This document shows positions 24,746-38,699 of a stretch of 64,000 nucleotides of DNA, piece by piece. The position numbers were made by a program, and so were the translations under genes. Under the pieces are notes generated by a model that was not told where the DNA came from, did not search any database, and saw only the letters and a list, made by a program, of their open reading frames with translations. The stretch is from Octopus sinensis. Taxonomy: Eukaryota. How positions within the stretch are numbered: the first letter of the stretch is position 1; each line of letters starts with the position of its first letter. The DNA is taken from the NCBI RefSeq assembly GCF_006345805.1, contig NC_042999.1, positions 58,466,001 through 58,530,000 on the forward strand, in the 5' to 3' direction.

Positions 24746-25675
24746 TTAACTATCAACCTATCCATATATGTATACACACATATTTATATACATGCAGAAA
24801 TACATACATACTTACATTCATATGTGTACATGCATGAACGCACACTCATACACATAAATACACATACACATGCACACATGTATGCACATATGTTTGCGAT
24901 CAAAGTAATTCTTCGTGACATAACAGTCCAAGATAGAATATAATCCATGATAGAAGAGTTCTTCGTTTATACAGGCAATGGATAGTTCCGGTGCCAGTAA
25001 GTCTTCTAATTTGAATGATAATCTTTGATATGTCATTCTCTCCTTTAAGTTCTGGAATATTTCAAAACATGATCAATCGTTGCTCGAGAACAAATTCCTG
25101 CGGGGATTTCGGCTGATAATTGATTTGCATTTTCATTATCGTTTTTCTTTTTTGCATTTTCACTCTTTTTCCTTACGTCTTTGAAAATAATATTGAAGAA
25201 CGATTTTTAAAAATCTGATAAGGAATCTGAAAATACACTATGTTCTAATTTTATATTTCCTTCTATTATGATTTTTAAGTTGATAGAATATTTCCCTTGA
25301 GGCTAATATAACTTTAAGTTTCCGAAGAATATGTAAATAACCGTAGGAGAATTCTCTCTCCATGTGACATACGTTTGATTAATTTGGAATATTTCAGTTG
25401 CGTATACATAAGGGAGGCTTGATTGATATGCATACAACCACGAGAAGAAAAGGGAAATTGTAAATGAAAGATAAGTATAAAAGAGAGAAGACAGAAAATG
25501 ACAGTAAAACTTGCTTGTAACTAAGATTCGTATCGGGAGTACATAGTATGAAATACATGTTTCCTGAGATAAGCAAAAAAAAAAAGGCCAAATTGACACG
25601 ATTCCATGACTGTGCAGTGTGATTTGCGATAAAGCAGTGTTTCACAAAAGACACCATACACGCACGCATAGAAAG

Positions 25676-25733
<58 letters not shown>

Positions 25734-25861
25734 AAGAATAGAGAATCCCGATTCCTATCCTCCCTCTTGAGTGAAGTGTGAAGATTAAATGTGTTGAACT
25801 TAGCGTGGGAGTTGCTTCCCTTGCTTTTATAGAATAGAATTGTTATTTAAGCTTATTCTTA

Positions 25862-26776
25862 ACTAGCTGATGTACCCGGTAATTCCCGGGAAAGCGGGGC
25901 TTATCCCTTGGTTCCGTTCTCATAAGTGTTTCGCTAATCCAATAACATCCAATAACATCAATACAAAGTATGTAGCCCTTAAAACGATTTTTGTGCATTT
26001 ACAGAGAACACCGAACTGTCTTACACAGTATCTTGTTTTTTGGAATTCCCAATAAGTTATGAATACCCAAATTGTGAAGTCAATTATGTAATAACATGAA
26101 TTTAGTTACCCGATAGTAAGAATTCAAATAAAGTATCCCCCAAAAGGACTTTAATGCGTTCCCAGAGTATATAGAACTTAGAAGGAAATACTAATAAGGT
26201 GTGCATATTAAAATCGTGAAGCATGTTACGTAATAACAGGCTAATCAGATTTGAGATAACAATTCAACGTAAATAATTCTGAAAAGGGCTTTTGTGCGTT
26301 CCCAGAGAATATTACCCTCAGGGGTGCTGGTGTTGGTATATTCGTGAATAAGTCACTAACCGAAATAAGTAGATCTATTGTTTAGGAAAATGCTATTTAC
26401 TGGTTTAAGGGTTGTACTGGATAAATTGCGAAAATAACTCTAACAGTTTAAATACTGAGAAATAAGCCTGCTCAATTTTTATTTCTGCCAAATAATTCAG
26501 GAAAATGAATAGGTTATTTTCTTTGGCTATATATAATGAACCCTTCCAAAGGCGAATGGGTTATTTCCCATGGATTTTAAAATAAAATATATTATATATA
26601 TATATAAGGATCCCTTCCATGGGCCCTATTATCTATTTTTCAACAATCTGAGTATGCCATGAGGTTTCCAGGCATGAGTTCTACTCACGTGTCTAGTTTC
26701 ATCAAAATCGATAAAACGATACAGGAGGAGTTAGCTAACACATCCATAGACAGAAATTTCCACATATGTAGTAGAT
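25862..26776 (+). mobile_element. Non-autonomous Helentron/Lep1-like element
   Basis: 5' ACTAGCTGATGTACCCGGTAATTCCCGGG; 3' TTTCATCAAAATCG...GGAGGAGTTAGC...ACAGAAATTT...TAGTAGAT, resembling Lep1/HINE termini from memory. Confidence 0.55.
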
Positions 26777-28479
26777 TGTAACTGACTGAAAATTTTCACT
26801 TGACTACATAAAGTATATTAGCACAGATCTTACAATTAGGGCTCAATGCAGAACATGTCCTTGGGTATATTCCACTAGTCCTAAATATTTTATAGTTCAG
26901 TTAGTGTTAGCATTTTCAATGTAATGAGCATTAAATAGGTAACTAGAAATATCTCTGCAGCAAAGATAATACAAGTTCAATGAGTGATATCATTATCATT
27001 TCTCCGGTTTATACGGGAGACAAATCTGAATAGGTTTTGGCCTAATGAGTCTTCTTCAGTGAGGTATACACATCACAGTACTCAGTAAAGTCTTGAGGAA
27101 AGATTTACTATATAGATATACACAATATTGTACACAAGTAAACCTGAAGATAATTAAAAAAATATTTTCTAAGGATAAGTACAAATTTTATTGCTCAAAC
27201 TGCAACAGATCTTTCGAAGATGATAAAAGAGGCGGCGTCGGTATTTAAATCCTCTAACAATTAGTTGTTAAAATTTGAATCTAGTTGTTATGCTTTATTG
27301 TGTTTTAGCACTAGGAGAGCCTTGACCCGGTAAACCATGATCAAAAGAGTATTATTTGTGATCAGCTCTAGACATAGTCAGTGTAGGACTTCACTGTCCA
27401 ATGTATGCTTTTCTCTTAAAGAGAAAAGGGTCCATTTATGAGAGTAATTTGCCTGCTATTTCTAGTTGGTTCAGCTTGTTAGCTCTTCAGGTTCTTATAT
27501 CTCTATCCACTGGTTTTTGCCCAGTCGATGGATCCCTATATGGAAACGCTGATAAGATAGCACGAAAGTGTTGAATAATTTTTGAAATGCAGGGTTGGTA
27601 ATAAACGAAGTTTCAGACAATATGTAAACTTGGCAAATCCTCCAATATAATCTGGCAATCAACCAAATAACCCCTGCAATGTCACTGAAATAAGCAATAA
27701 CGTTACGCTATATACAGTGGAAGGGTGAAAGAAATATAATTCAGCATCATCGATGTTTTTAACGACCATATCGTCATCTATCTTTGTCAGCGTGTAGCTC
27801 TACTACAAAGCTTCTCTCAGCACTTTTAAATGATTCGGCTACGAGATATGACATTGCTAAAACTGATTGCAGTAAACTTATAAGCAGCTCCTCAAATCTG
27901 TTTAGTCGTTCAAATTGTGGTTCTTTCTATGATTTCTTGAGGGTACGATAGCCAGAAAGAGGAACCAAGGATGCAAGGATGCCTAGCATGTAGAGAGATC
28001 AGATCCTAAAATGGTCTCAAGGTCAATCTTGGATAGACCTCAATGTAATGACAGCATGTAGTGATTGATGGAGGAAATACATTCGTGAGGTTTCACTCTC
28101 TCCTGCAAGCAGAAATATCTGTTTCTCATTTGGGCACAAGGCCAGCAATTTTTGAGAAGGCTTTGTCCATTATATCGGCATTAGAAGTTATCGAAGTGAT
28201 AAAAGGTAAAGTTAATCTCGGCGGGATTTGAACTTAGAACGCAGAACCAGAAGATATTGTGCCCGTCGCTCTAATGATTCTACCAAATCATCGCTGAAAT
28301 ATAATATCACCAAGTGATGTTGCCAAGTTGACTGCGTGGCCCCCAATTCAATCTAGACTGTATTATCATACATTGAAAGACATTACATCCATAGTAACTT
28401 TTATTGTTTGAGGTAACATTATCTAAAGTGTCCTGTCATATTTTAAAATGATAAGGTGTAATTTGATGGAGATTCGGAT

Positions 28480-28740
28480 GTCATTTCTATTTGGGAAGAA
28501 GAGTAGTTAAGGTAACAATACCGGAGTTCAACCTGAGCTAGATCTCTTTTGGGTATTGACAAGAATCGTGTTGAAGAAGAGTGAAACTTTAGTGGATTTG
28601 AAGAAAACAGGGGGAGAGAATTGATTTGGGACCACATCGGATGTCCTTCACCATGTAAAGCACGAGAATTTAGAAAGGACCACAAAACTCACCTCCTTGA
28701 TGAATGGGATGGAAGTATAAGTAATTGAGGAGGGAAGACG
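28480..28740 (-). mobile_element. Old CR1-like LINE 3' remnant
   Basis: Minus-strand peptide ...WSQINSLP.F resembles the CR1 C-terminal LWNSLP; heavily decayed. Confidence 0.35.
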
Positions 28741-28926
28741 AATGAGATGCAACGTCTGTAGAAACAAAGACCATCTCAGAACTTTCTGCTCACACAACCA
28801 AAACTAAAAAGCATGTACAATATCAGAATCAGTAGCAGCAAAGAAAATGGAGCTACAATGAATGCTTCTGGACCCGTATCAGCAATAGCAACAACAGCAA
28901 CACTCAACAATAGTAGCAGCAACAAT

Positions 28927-28969
<43 letters not shown>

Positions 28970-29999
28970 CCAAAAACAGCAATAACAACAAAACCTATAG
29001 CCGCAACAGAAATTATGGAAACTTATGTAAGGCCACCTACATCAACATCAACTTCGTCTGCACTAGCGACTGAGGTAGTACCTTTAGACCAGTTTCTTTA
29101 TATGCCAAGGCTCGTACAGAGCGGGCACATTTTTCAGGTATTTGGAGGTTTTCGTAGGATTGTCCTATCTTTTAGTGCAAGTGGGCAATTGGAACACCTT
29201 ATTTTATGCACTTTTGGATTATGTGGAGCTAGCTGATAGGAGAATTGGATGTAAAAGACTCGAGAAACTACTTCGTTTTTCCAATTGGCTGACAGGTACT
29301 GACCGTAGTTCCCGAATACACTAATGTGAACATGGGTAAACTGCATCTGGTCATCCAGATCATATTTACACAAAGTATTGTGTAAGCCAGAGAATATAGG
29401 TAGCATATGGTGTCCACAATTTAAATAGGTAAGTTATAGAGACCATTAATTTGTAATTTGTACGGAGGGCCTACATAGACTGCGTAAACAGGGACCCAGT
29501 TACTGGAAATTTAACGCGTCTTTCCACGGCTCACCAAGTTTATCGAGACCAAACGAGAAAACTAGTTAAGCCTGAGTTGGCGGAGGCAATCGTCAACAAC
29601 TGATGGTAACTAACCCAGAAATGTCTCTGGGTATAGTAACGAAATACTGAAGTAGTAATAGAGAAATCTATTACTAGAGAAGGAGGCAGAGAAAGAGAGA
29701 GAGAGAGAGAGAGGGAGAGAGGGAGAAAGAGAGGGAGAGAGAGAGAGTTAGGAATCTAGAAGAGAAGCTTAAGAAAGGGGTTGCGACAGGTACTGGCGGT
29801 GAGACTGACTCTTGACTAATTCTTCAACACGAAGCACAGAGGTTGCATTTTCAGAGGCAACGCTCATATCCTAAAGCTCGGGGAGAACGAAAGCTGTCTG
29901 ATAGGTGCGGTTGACAGAGCTACCATTCGGTTTTTGGTTATTCTGAAGTGGTGCCTGCAAGTAGATTCTAAGTAGATGAGTGCAGCTTTTTAGTGGTGC

Positions 30000-31100
30000 T
30001 TCGCTCAGCAGCTAGTGTGGGTTGCCGATCGGAGACAGAGATGGACTTTACTCCCAGTTACAAGGACCGGCAGTGGTTCTTGGATAAGGATGCGAAATAC
30101 GGTAAGTGTTGACTCTCTGCATGAAGAAGGAGTAACCATGGCTGGATGGTCTCTCATACAACATTTATATTCATATATCAGACTTGTTCGCAACCTCTTG
30201 CCAGATGTCTTCTGAAATTGACAGAAAAATGGGAAAATTTCTAGTCCTGTGAAACGATGTGTGGTGGTATCGCTGACAAAGAACATAAACATGGGGAGTC
30301 ATTTTCACAACTTCAGACCTATAACTCTGCTAAATGCAGAGGTAAAATTTTTGGACGTAGTGTTAGCCAAGAGGTTGATGTTGGTGGTCTGTAAGGCACA
30401 TACATGTTTTATCCCAAACAAATAGATCTACAACAAACTCTACTTCACGTGATGCGTCATAGAAAGGGAGGGTAAAGAACCTGGCATGGGTAGAGACTTG
30501 ATCAATTTGCATCATTCGAAAGCTTTTGATTTGGTTGAACATCAATACACCACAGCTGACTTCACGGTGGTCGGTTTCATTTCCGTCTTGGAGATTGGAT
30601 TGCTGCAACGTAAAAAGGTAAAGGCCTCCTTCAGTCATGAACGACCATAGGATTGCACCTAGAAATTTACCCTCCGATGCTTAAGTCCGGGCACGGTTGT
30701 TTATGGAAGATCAGCAGTCACCCATGTACACAAGCCTCTCCTCTCTACACCACTGATGTTATCCGAGGGAAAAGCAAAGACCAATACAGCTTGGCACCAG
30801 CGATGTTGCAACTCATTTCTACTGCTGAGTTAACTGGAGCATCGTGAAATAAAGTGTCTTGCACAAGAATACAACTCGCTGTCCTGTCGAAAAATCGAAC
30901 TCAGTACCTTATGATTGTGAGCCCGACTCTTTAACCTTAGAGCCATGTGCCTTCATTATGCGCCTTCACATTGCTGCAATGTGTAGCGACATTTACTCGG
31001 TTGTCAGAAAAATTGTGTATCCATCGGAATGTCTTAGTATCATGCGTTCAGTCTGTTAAGTTTGTTCCTCCTCTCCCATTCTGTACGAAGTGACACTCAA
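30000..31100 (+). mobile_element. Old L1/Tx1-like LINE RT remnant
   Basis: NFRPITLLNAEVKFLDVVLAKRL (from 30309) and SKAFDLVEHQY (~30516). Confidence 0.6.
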
Positions 31101-31289
31101 GCTAACTGGTTGGACTGTTGCTGAGGGCTTTCAGTTCAGGACTTATAAATAATTTTCAGAAATCCGAGACCTGGTAACGTTACCACTTCTCTAAAATGTT
31201 ATATATAATTCCTTTTAGAAAACGACAAGTGTAAATTGAAACGAATATTATTATTATTATTATCATTATTATTATTATTATTATTATTA

Positions 31290-31343
<54 letters not shown>

Positions 31344-31382
31344 GCATTATTATTATTATTATTAGCATTATTATTATTATTA

Positions 31383-31595
31383 AGACGGCGAACTGGCAGA
31401 ATCGTTAGCACACCGGGCGAAATGCTTAGCGGTATTTCGTCCGTTTTTACGTTGAGTTCAAATTCCGCCGAGGTTGACTCTGCCTTTCATCCTTTCGAGG
31501 TCGATAAATTAAGTACCAGTCAAGTGCTGGGGTCAATGAAATCAACTATCTGCTCCCCACAAATTCCACGCCTTGTTCCTATAATTGAAAGGATT
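31383..31595 (+). mobile_element. SINE family A variant
   Basis: ggcgaactggcagaatcgttagc...gagttcaaattccgccgagg...; (TTA)n flanks. Confidence 0.8.
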
Positions 31596-31747
31596 ATTAT
31601 TATTATTACTAGTAGTAGTAATATTTTCATCCTCTTTCTCCTCCTCCTCCTCCTCCTCCTCTTCCTCCTCCTTCTCCTCGTCATCGTTATCATTATCACT
31701 ATTAAAACTATATATTTTGTAACCAGCAGCGTAGACTTTCAGATGGC

Positions 31748-31786
<39 letters not shown>

Positions 31787-31791
<5 letters not shown>

Positions 31792-32033
31792 AGGTTTGGA
31801 GATGATGTACAGGTATTATATATTAGAAGAAATGAGGTAATCAGAAGATCGGATGGTTTATATTTACAGATATTTATTTATATATTACATTTTTTATATA
31901 TATATCATATCACTTAGATCATTAGCGCTTTCTCCCATTCTAGTGGGGTTTTCAAATCAAAATAAGTTCCTTTGTAATATATAAATAAATATCTGTAAAT
32001 ATAAACCATCCGATCTTCTTATTACCTCATTTC

Positions 32034-32045
<12 letters not shown>
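31787..32045. mobile_element. Small back-to-back inverted element in (TA)n (67-bp arms at 31817-31884 and 31978-32044)
   Basis: Arms are reverse complements with one mismatch; the left copy extends ~30 nt further. Confidence 0.75.
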
Positions 32046-32072
<27 letters not shown>

Positions 32073-32837
32073 AGAGTTTACGAAGAAAACAGAAGACGAA
32101 GACAGGTGGTGTGCAAAACAAACAGATGTATTAGTATAACGCTCAGGAATAGAAAAAGTATTTTACGTTTCGAGCCTACGCTCTTCTACAGAAAGGGACA
32201 CAGAAAAAACAAGGAGAGAAATATATATATATATTCTTTTTATTATTTTATTTTTACTTGTTTCAGTCTTTTCGGCCATGCTGGAGCACCACATTATATA
32301 TATATATTAGATGAATTACATTACTCGAAACGTCTGTACTCATATCTGCGTACGACATATGAACTTTTGTAACTTTACGAACCTCACCAAATGACTTTTA
32401 TCGAAGCATATAATCACTAGCTTTCTCAGTTTCAGATTCTGTTTACTATTTCTCATATGGCTATATTTTTGAATAGCCATTTGCCAAAATATAATTACAT
32501 TTAGATAAATATACATATTAAATGGAAGGCAGCACATTTTTTTTGTATTTATTTACCTTGAAGTAAAATAAAGTAATTTGTTTGTAACAATTTTGCTTCT
32601 TTTCATTTTTTACTCTTCGACCTCTCTTCGTTATAAATTTGACGTGTTTACTGAATATTCATATAGTACTGTTATGCGCATACTAACTTCATAAACTGCC
32701 TTTGGATATGTACTAGACAATCAATTAGAATAGAATTTTTTCAAATATTACAATATTATGCCAACAATATATAAACTGATTGCTGTACATTTTATATTGT
32801 ATTCACGTGCATATGGATGCATATGCATGTATGTATG

Positions 32838-32917
<80 letters not shown>

Positions 32918-33171
32918 TACATACACATATAAATGCACACACACATACATATATACAAATGGGGATGAAAATTTACAACACCTGTTTCGATATCTCCCGT
33001 ATGAAACAGCTGTCGTAAATTTTAAATGCCATTTGTGTTTACTCTTTACACAGGGCCTATGAATAATTTGTTTTTGTTGTTGTTGTTATTATTATTATAT
33101 TATTATTATTATTATTGTTGTTGCTGTTGAAGTCGTCGCACAGTATTCATTATTATTATTATTATTATTAC

Positions 33172-33258
<87 letters not shown>

Positions 33259-33259
33259 T

Positions 33260-33480
33260 GAGGTTGGCGAGCTAGCAGAATCATTAGTAAGCCGGGCGAA
33301 ATGCTTTTTGATATTTCGTCCGTCTTAACGTTATTGATATTTCGTCCGCCGAGGTTGACTTTGCCTTTCATCCCTTCGGGGTCGATGAAGTAAGTACCAG
33401 TGAAAGACTGGGGGTCGATGTAATCGACTATTCTCCTCCTCCAAAATTTCAGGACTTGTGCCTATAGTAGAAAAGATTAT
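33260..33480 (+). mobile_element. SINE family A variant
   Basis: ggcgagctagcagaatc...gcctttcatcccttcggggtcgat. Confidence 0.8.
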
Positions 33481-33489
33481 TTTTATTAT

Positions 33490-35390
33490 TGTTGATGTTG
33501 TTGTTATTATTATTATACACTCAACATATTAGACTTAAATGCCAAGAGCCCCCTTATTGGGTAATCTTAGGTGCCAAGAACCCTTCTACGTATCCTAACT
33601 GTACCTGATAAAACTGTTTCTGCTTCAGTACTAAACTGGGTTTTATGCCTATTTCCTCCATTCATCTGTTCAGATTTTTAAGCCATTTTCCCAGTGCACC
33701 AGTATCTACTGGGATACATTTTACCCGCACTTTCCATAGTCCCTGTAGCTAGGTCCTGGTACTTAGCTATTTTTCTATACTTCTCATATTTATGTTTACA
33801 TCATTTGGGACTGTAAAGTCAATTATCTGGCACTTTCTATTCTCTATATTTGGTGAGGTTCGTAATCAGGCCTTCTAGCTTCTATTATTTTGTCAGTCTG
33901 AATGTTAAAGTCCCACAGGATCTTCTATGTCTTACTTTCTAGTACTTTACTAAGTTCATGTTCATACCATTTATCAGTATGTTCAAATCCTAGCTTTCTA
34001 CATAGCTCCCAGTGGATTGCTCTCCCTAGATTGTCGTCTTTCCTTGCAGTCTTTCTGTGCCAGCATGTTACATTCACTTACTATATAAGTAACGCTTTCC
34101 TATTTTGATTTGTATAATATACATTGGGAAGGGCGGCGAGCTGGCAGACACGTTAGCACGCCGGGCGACATGCATAGCCGTATTTCGTCTGTCGTTACGT
34201 TCCAAGTTCAAATTCCGCCGAGGTCGACTTTGCCTTTCATCCTTTCGGGGTCGATAAATTAAGTACCAGTTACGTACTGGGGTCGATATAATCGATTAAA
34301 TCCCTTTGTCTGTCCTTGTTTGTCCCCTCTGTGTTTAGCCCCTTGTGGGTAGTAAAGAAATATATAATATACATTGGGAATCTACTTGGTTTTTGCCTAT
34401 CTTGGCTTTTACCGATCATGTGCAGCCACTAACAACTTTCTGCCTCCTTTTTCAGCTTTCCTTTCTGCAACCACAGCCATGTCTCACTACTACTATTTTC
34501 TGAAGCTATCATTGAGAACTACTATGCAACGCCTTCTCCTGCCAGTCAGATAATTTCTGTTATTTTTTTCTGGTTTTTAAGTTCATTTGATGTTTAAGTT
34601 TCCCTATTTCTTGCTGTGACTCTAGTAGCTTTTAATAAACTCTCCTCACTATTAACTACATAGGAGCCTATATCTACTGATATTAACCCTCTTCCACCTT
34701 TCTGCCTTTGTAGGTATGATCTTGCTACTCCTGCCTTTGGGTGGAATCCTCTATTCATATTGAATTCCTTCCTAGTTCTGTCTAGCTTTGCTAGTTCAGT
34801 TTTCATCCAATCTATAAAAGCTACTGAGTATGTAAGTAATGATACTGTCCAAGTATTTACAACCTTACTAGATTCGGACCATTTAGCTTTGACTTCATTA
34901 GCTTCCTCACTCTTCTTATGTACCCCTTCTCAATTTTCGTTTTCATTTCTGTAGTTAGTACTCTGTCATATTTTAATGCTCCTAGATATTTATAACTCTC
35001 TCCTCCTTTCTTTGATTTTAACGTCTGGCCATCTGGTAATTGGATGCCTTTGCTGTTGACTACCTGTACCCTTCTCATGACTAATATTGCACAGTTATCT
35101 ATGCCAAATTCCATGCATATAACTTTGCTGAAAATTCTTACTATGTTTTTCATTCTTACTAAAACACTTCAGATCATCCATGTAGAGCAAATGGTTAATT
35201 TTTCCATTACTATTTCTGAACTGATACCCTGCATTTGTCTACCTTAATACTAAACTGAGAGGGATCAGTCAAGACAAATATTAAAGGGGACAATGAGCGC
35301 CCCTGGAAAATTCCTCTTTTGATATTAACTTTCCCTTAGAGTGTGTCACCTGAGAAGAGATCTACGTTGAGGTTCCACATTTTGCCAATT
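33490..35390 (-). mobile_element. R4/Dong-like LINE remnant 1 (RT to REL), interrupted by a SINE
   Basis: GIFQG.SLSPL (~35300), HLLYMDDLK (~35180), ESYKYLG, RGFHPKAGVARSYL, and REL IDF.VP..KYQDLA..GALG (~33700-33850). Confidence 0.85.
34131..34362 (+). mobile_element. Full-length SINE family A with 18-bp TSD
   Basis: TATAATATACATTGGGAA at 34113-34130 and 34363-34380. Confidence 0.95.
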
Positions 35391-36640
35391 CCTATTTCCA
35401 TGTCTTATACTTGCTCAGTTTTTGGTAGGACTTGACAGATACAGTTATGTCGATTGGGACAGTCACATCAATGCGGAAGCATGATTTCTGTCTGACGTCT
35501 TTCAATATAATGTCTGGCCTATTCGCATCTATCTTACTGTCAGTTTGAATGGTGAAGTTCCAGAGGAATGAGATGTGATAATTTTCAAGAACTGGAGATG
35601 GTTTGTGTTCCCACTAGTTTTTAACATGGGAGAGGTCTAGGATTTTGCAAATTACCCAATGAATATATTGTACTGCTCTATCTTGCCTGTTGAGATATTC
35701 TGTAGACGCAAGAAGGCTGCACATGGAGACAACATTATCAATGGTTTCATTTTGTTGTTGACATACACGAAATGTTGGGCTACTGCCGCTCTTTAATATG
35801 TTGGCCTGGTAGTTCCATGTAGGTAGGCATTGATCTTGGGCTGGTATGATAAACCGTTTTGTTTCTGATTTTAAGCCAGAAGATACTAACCATTTATGGG
35901 TAAGGGCTTTGTCAACATCAGCATTATTAGCTCTCTTTGGGTATTTTGCCATTAAGAGTTTTTTCTTGCCATTTATCAGTAAAAATGTCTAACGCAGCAA
36001 TTTTAGCACAGGTTTTCTTACGCTTAGCTTTTTCGGTGCTTGTTTCTAGTACGTCTAATTCTGGAATTTGTTGTATTTGGAATTCACTTAGATATTCCTT
36101 TGCCTGTTTTGTTACTGAGAGTATGATGCTTTCTTTCTTTCAAGCTTTGAGACAAGTTTTAACATCCAGTACTCAGAGTTTTTGAGGTAGGTGTCTAGGT
36201 CAACTGTGGCAATCTTCATTGTTAATTCCAGTTGTAAAAGTTCACGGCCTCCTTCTTTTCTTGACAGGTAAAGTTGTTCTTTATCTGCCTTAAGGTGGTG
36301 CATTCTATACATTGTCAACAATTTTCGTATTTTTCTGCCAAGATTACATATTTCAGTAATTAACCAGTTAATGATATTGAAACTGTAAGTCACGACTGGT
36401 ATGGCTAAAGTATTGGTCGCTTCGATTCTGTTTCTTGCATTCATCTCTGTCTTGAGTATTGTCCTTACCCTGCGATAACATTCTCTTCTGATCCTTTTCC
36501 TCACCACTGAATGTTTGATTCTGTCTCCTTCAAATACCCCTAGGTATTTGTAGCTCTCCGTTGGTTCTAACTCCTTTATAACGTTTTGTACTCCAGGTAT
36601 GGTACAGATTGATCCACAGATTTGAGCGTGTATTGAGGAC
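35390..36640 (-). mobile_element. R4/Dong-like LINE remnant 2
   Basis: ESYKYLG...NTLAIPVVTYSF, LKSET..FI..AQDQ, zinc-knuckle region RVCQQQNETIDNVVSMC, ANRPD..IDVTVP..KLSKYK. Confidence 0.85.
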
Positions 36641-36735
36641 ACACACATAGACAGGGTATTTTATATATTAAGATATATATACAATTATACAATTATACAT
36701 ACATACATACATACATACATACATACATACATACA

Positions 36736-38323
36736 TTATGGCTGCCCCCTCGTTATCGAGTATGGCCATTGCACGAAGCTTAACTGTTACTGGTGCTGTG
36801 ATCGAATGTGACTTTTTAGCCCAGCTAAAGATCTACAATGTCTTGTACAAAATTGGCAACTAAAACCTTTACTGGTAATAGCCGGCTGTAGTTTTAATTG
36901 GGCTTCATGTACCTTTGCATGTCGTTTAAGCCCTCCTGCCGAATTACACACTCTTCGACATGCCCGACAGATATGATTAGTATGGTGTGTTACACCACCA
37001 CCAGTGGCCAGGTTGTCACTCATCTGTCTCGTTTTACGACTACGAAGATGACTCATGAGTCCAGCTCTACTGAGGCAGGGTCTTGCACAGACATTGCATG
37101 TCAGAATCAAAGGAAGACCCTTCCCTTCTGGAAGTGTAACAGCAATGCCCTTCCTGACATCCCTCCTTACTTTCTCATGTGGAACTCGAGATTTCTCAAA
37201 CGTGGCTGTCCCCTCATGCACAATCCTTCTCCACCTGCTACGATCAATAGCTATACCTTCCCATGTGTCAGGAGAGATGCAAGCATCTCTTAAGGAAGCC
37301 CTCAGCAATACCTTATACCTCTTTTTTGGTTTATGTGGAGGTCGTTCTCCTTTAGCTAACTCTCCATAAAAGAGTTGTTTAGGCATCCTTGAATCCTTCA
37401 TTCTGACCAGATGACCACTCCATCTGAGCCTTTGCTTTAACACAAGTGCTTCTATACTTTCACACCGAGAGCCTTCGAGTATTTCAAGATCACTGATGCG
37501 GTCCTTCTACTTAATGCCATAGATCTGTCTGAGGCACATCTGATGGAAACGTTCCAGTTGTTTAAGGTGGTATCGATATGTGACCCACGTCTCGCAGGCA
37601 TAGAGAAGAGGAGGGTGCACACATGCCTTGTACACCTTTATCTTTGTCTTTCTGCATATGTCTCGCCGACTCCAGAGGCGCTTTTCTAGCCTTCCGAAAG
37701 CAACACTTGCTTTCCTAATTCTATATGGAATTTCATCATCCACATTGCCATATCTATTAATAGTGCTTCCCAGGTAGACAAACTGATCGACTACATCAAG
37801 TCGTTTACCATTCACATAGATATTTGGTACATTATACTGCCTACCAGGGGCAGGTTGATGCATGACAACAGTTTTCTTGAGATTGATTGTCAATTCTAAA
37901 GCAGTGCAAGCATCAGAGAATGCATTCAAAATGTGTTGCATATCAATCTCTGTGTGTGCTACTAGCTCACATCATCAGCATACAAAAGGTCTCTTATGAT
38001 AGAGGTAAATATCTTTGTTTTTGCAGCAAGGCGCCTGATATTAAATATGCTGCCAGAGGTTCGATAATGGACGTAAACACCGTATCTGCAGTTTCTGAAT
38101 GCAATACAGAACACCATCGCGAAATATATGGAAAATAGGGTCGGTGCCAGAATATCCCCCTGTTTCACTCCATTTTGTATTGAAATGGGCTCCGACATCT
38201 TCCCTCTAACATTCACCCTACCATTCATGTCTTCATGAAAAGACCTAACCAAAGCAAGGAACTTTTCAGGACACCCAAATTTCTGGAGGACTTTCCACAA
38301 AGCTTTTCTATTGACGGTATCGT
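36736..38323 (-). mobile_element. RTE-clade LINE, 5'-truncated, with three C-terminal C2H2-like fingers
   Basis: YDTVNR, GVKQGDILAPTLF, LLYADD, YLGS, RLRWSGH, PKQLFYGEL; 1-nt frameshift near 37965 and TGG>TAG at 37507; (TGTA)n tail. Confidence 0.95.
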
Positions 38324-38392
38324 ACATACATACATACATACATACATACATACATACATACATACATACATACATACATACATACATGCATA

Positions 38393-38459
<67 letters not shown>

Positions 38460-38699
38460 GTATACAAGAAAAAATTGTATAAAGTTGTATTATTACCGTT
38501 ATATACAGTAATAATAAGGTGGTTAGCAAGTTCAGACCTTTACAAGCACAATATAAAGTAATTTAAGAAAAGCAGGGTATATATACCACTTACTAAAATC
38601 AAAGCCATAGCTCCATAAACCACCATAAAGATACACACGAGCAATGCAATGAACATTTCAGAAATTATATATATATATATATAGATATATTTACCAAAA

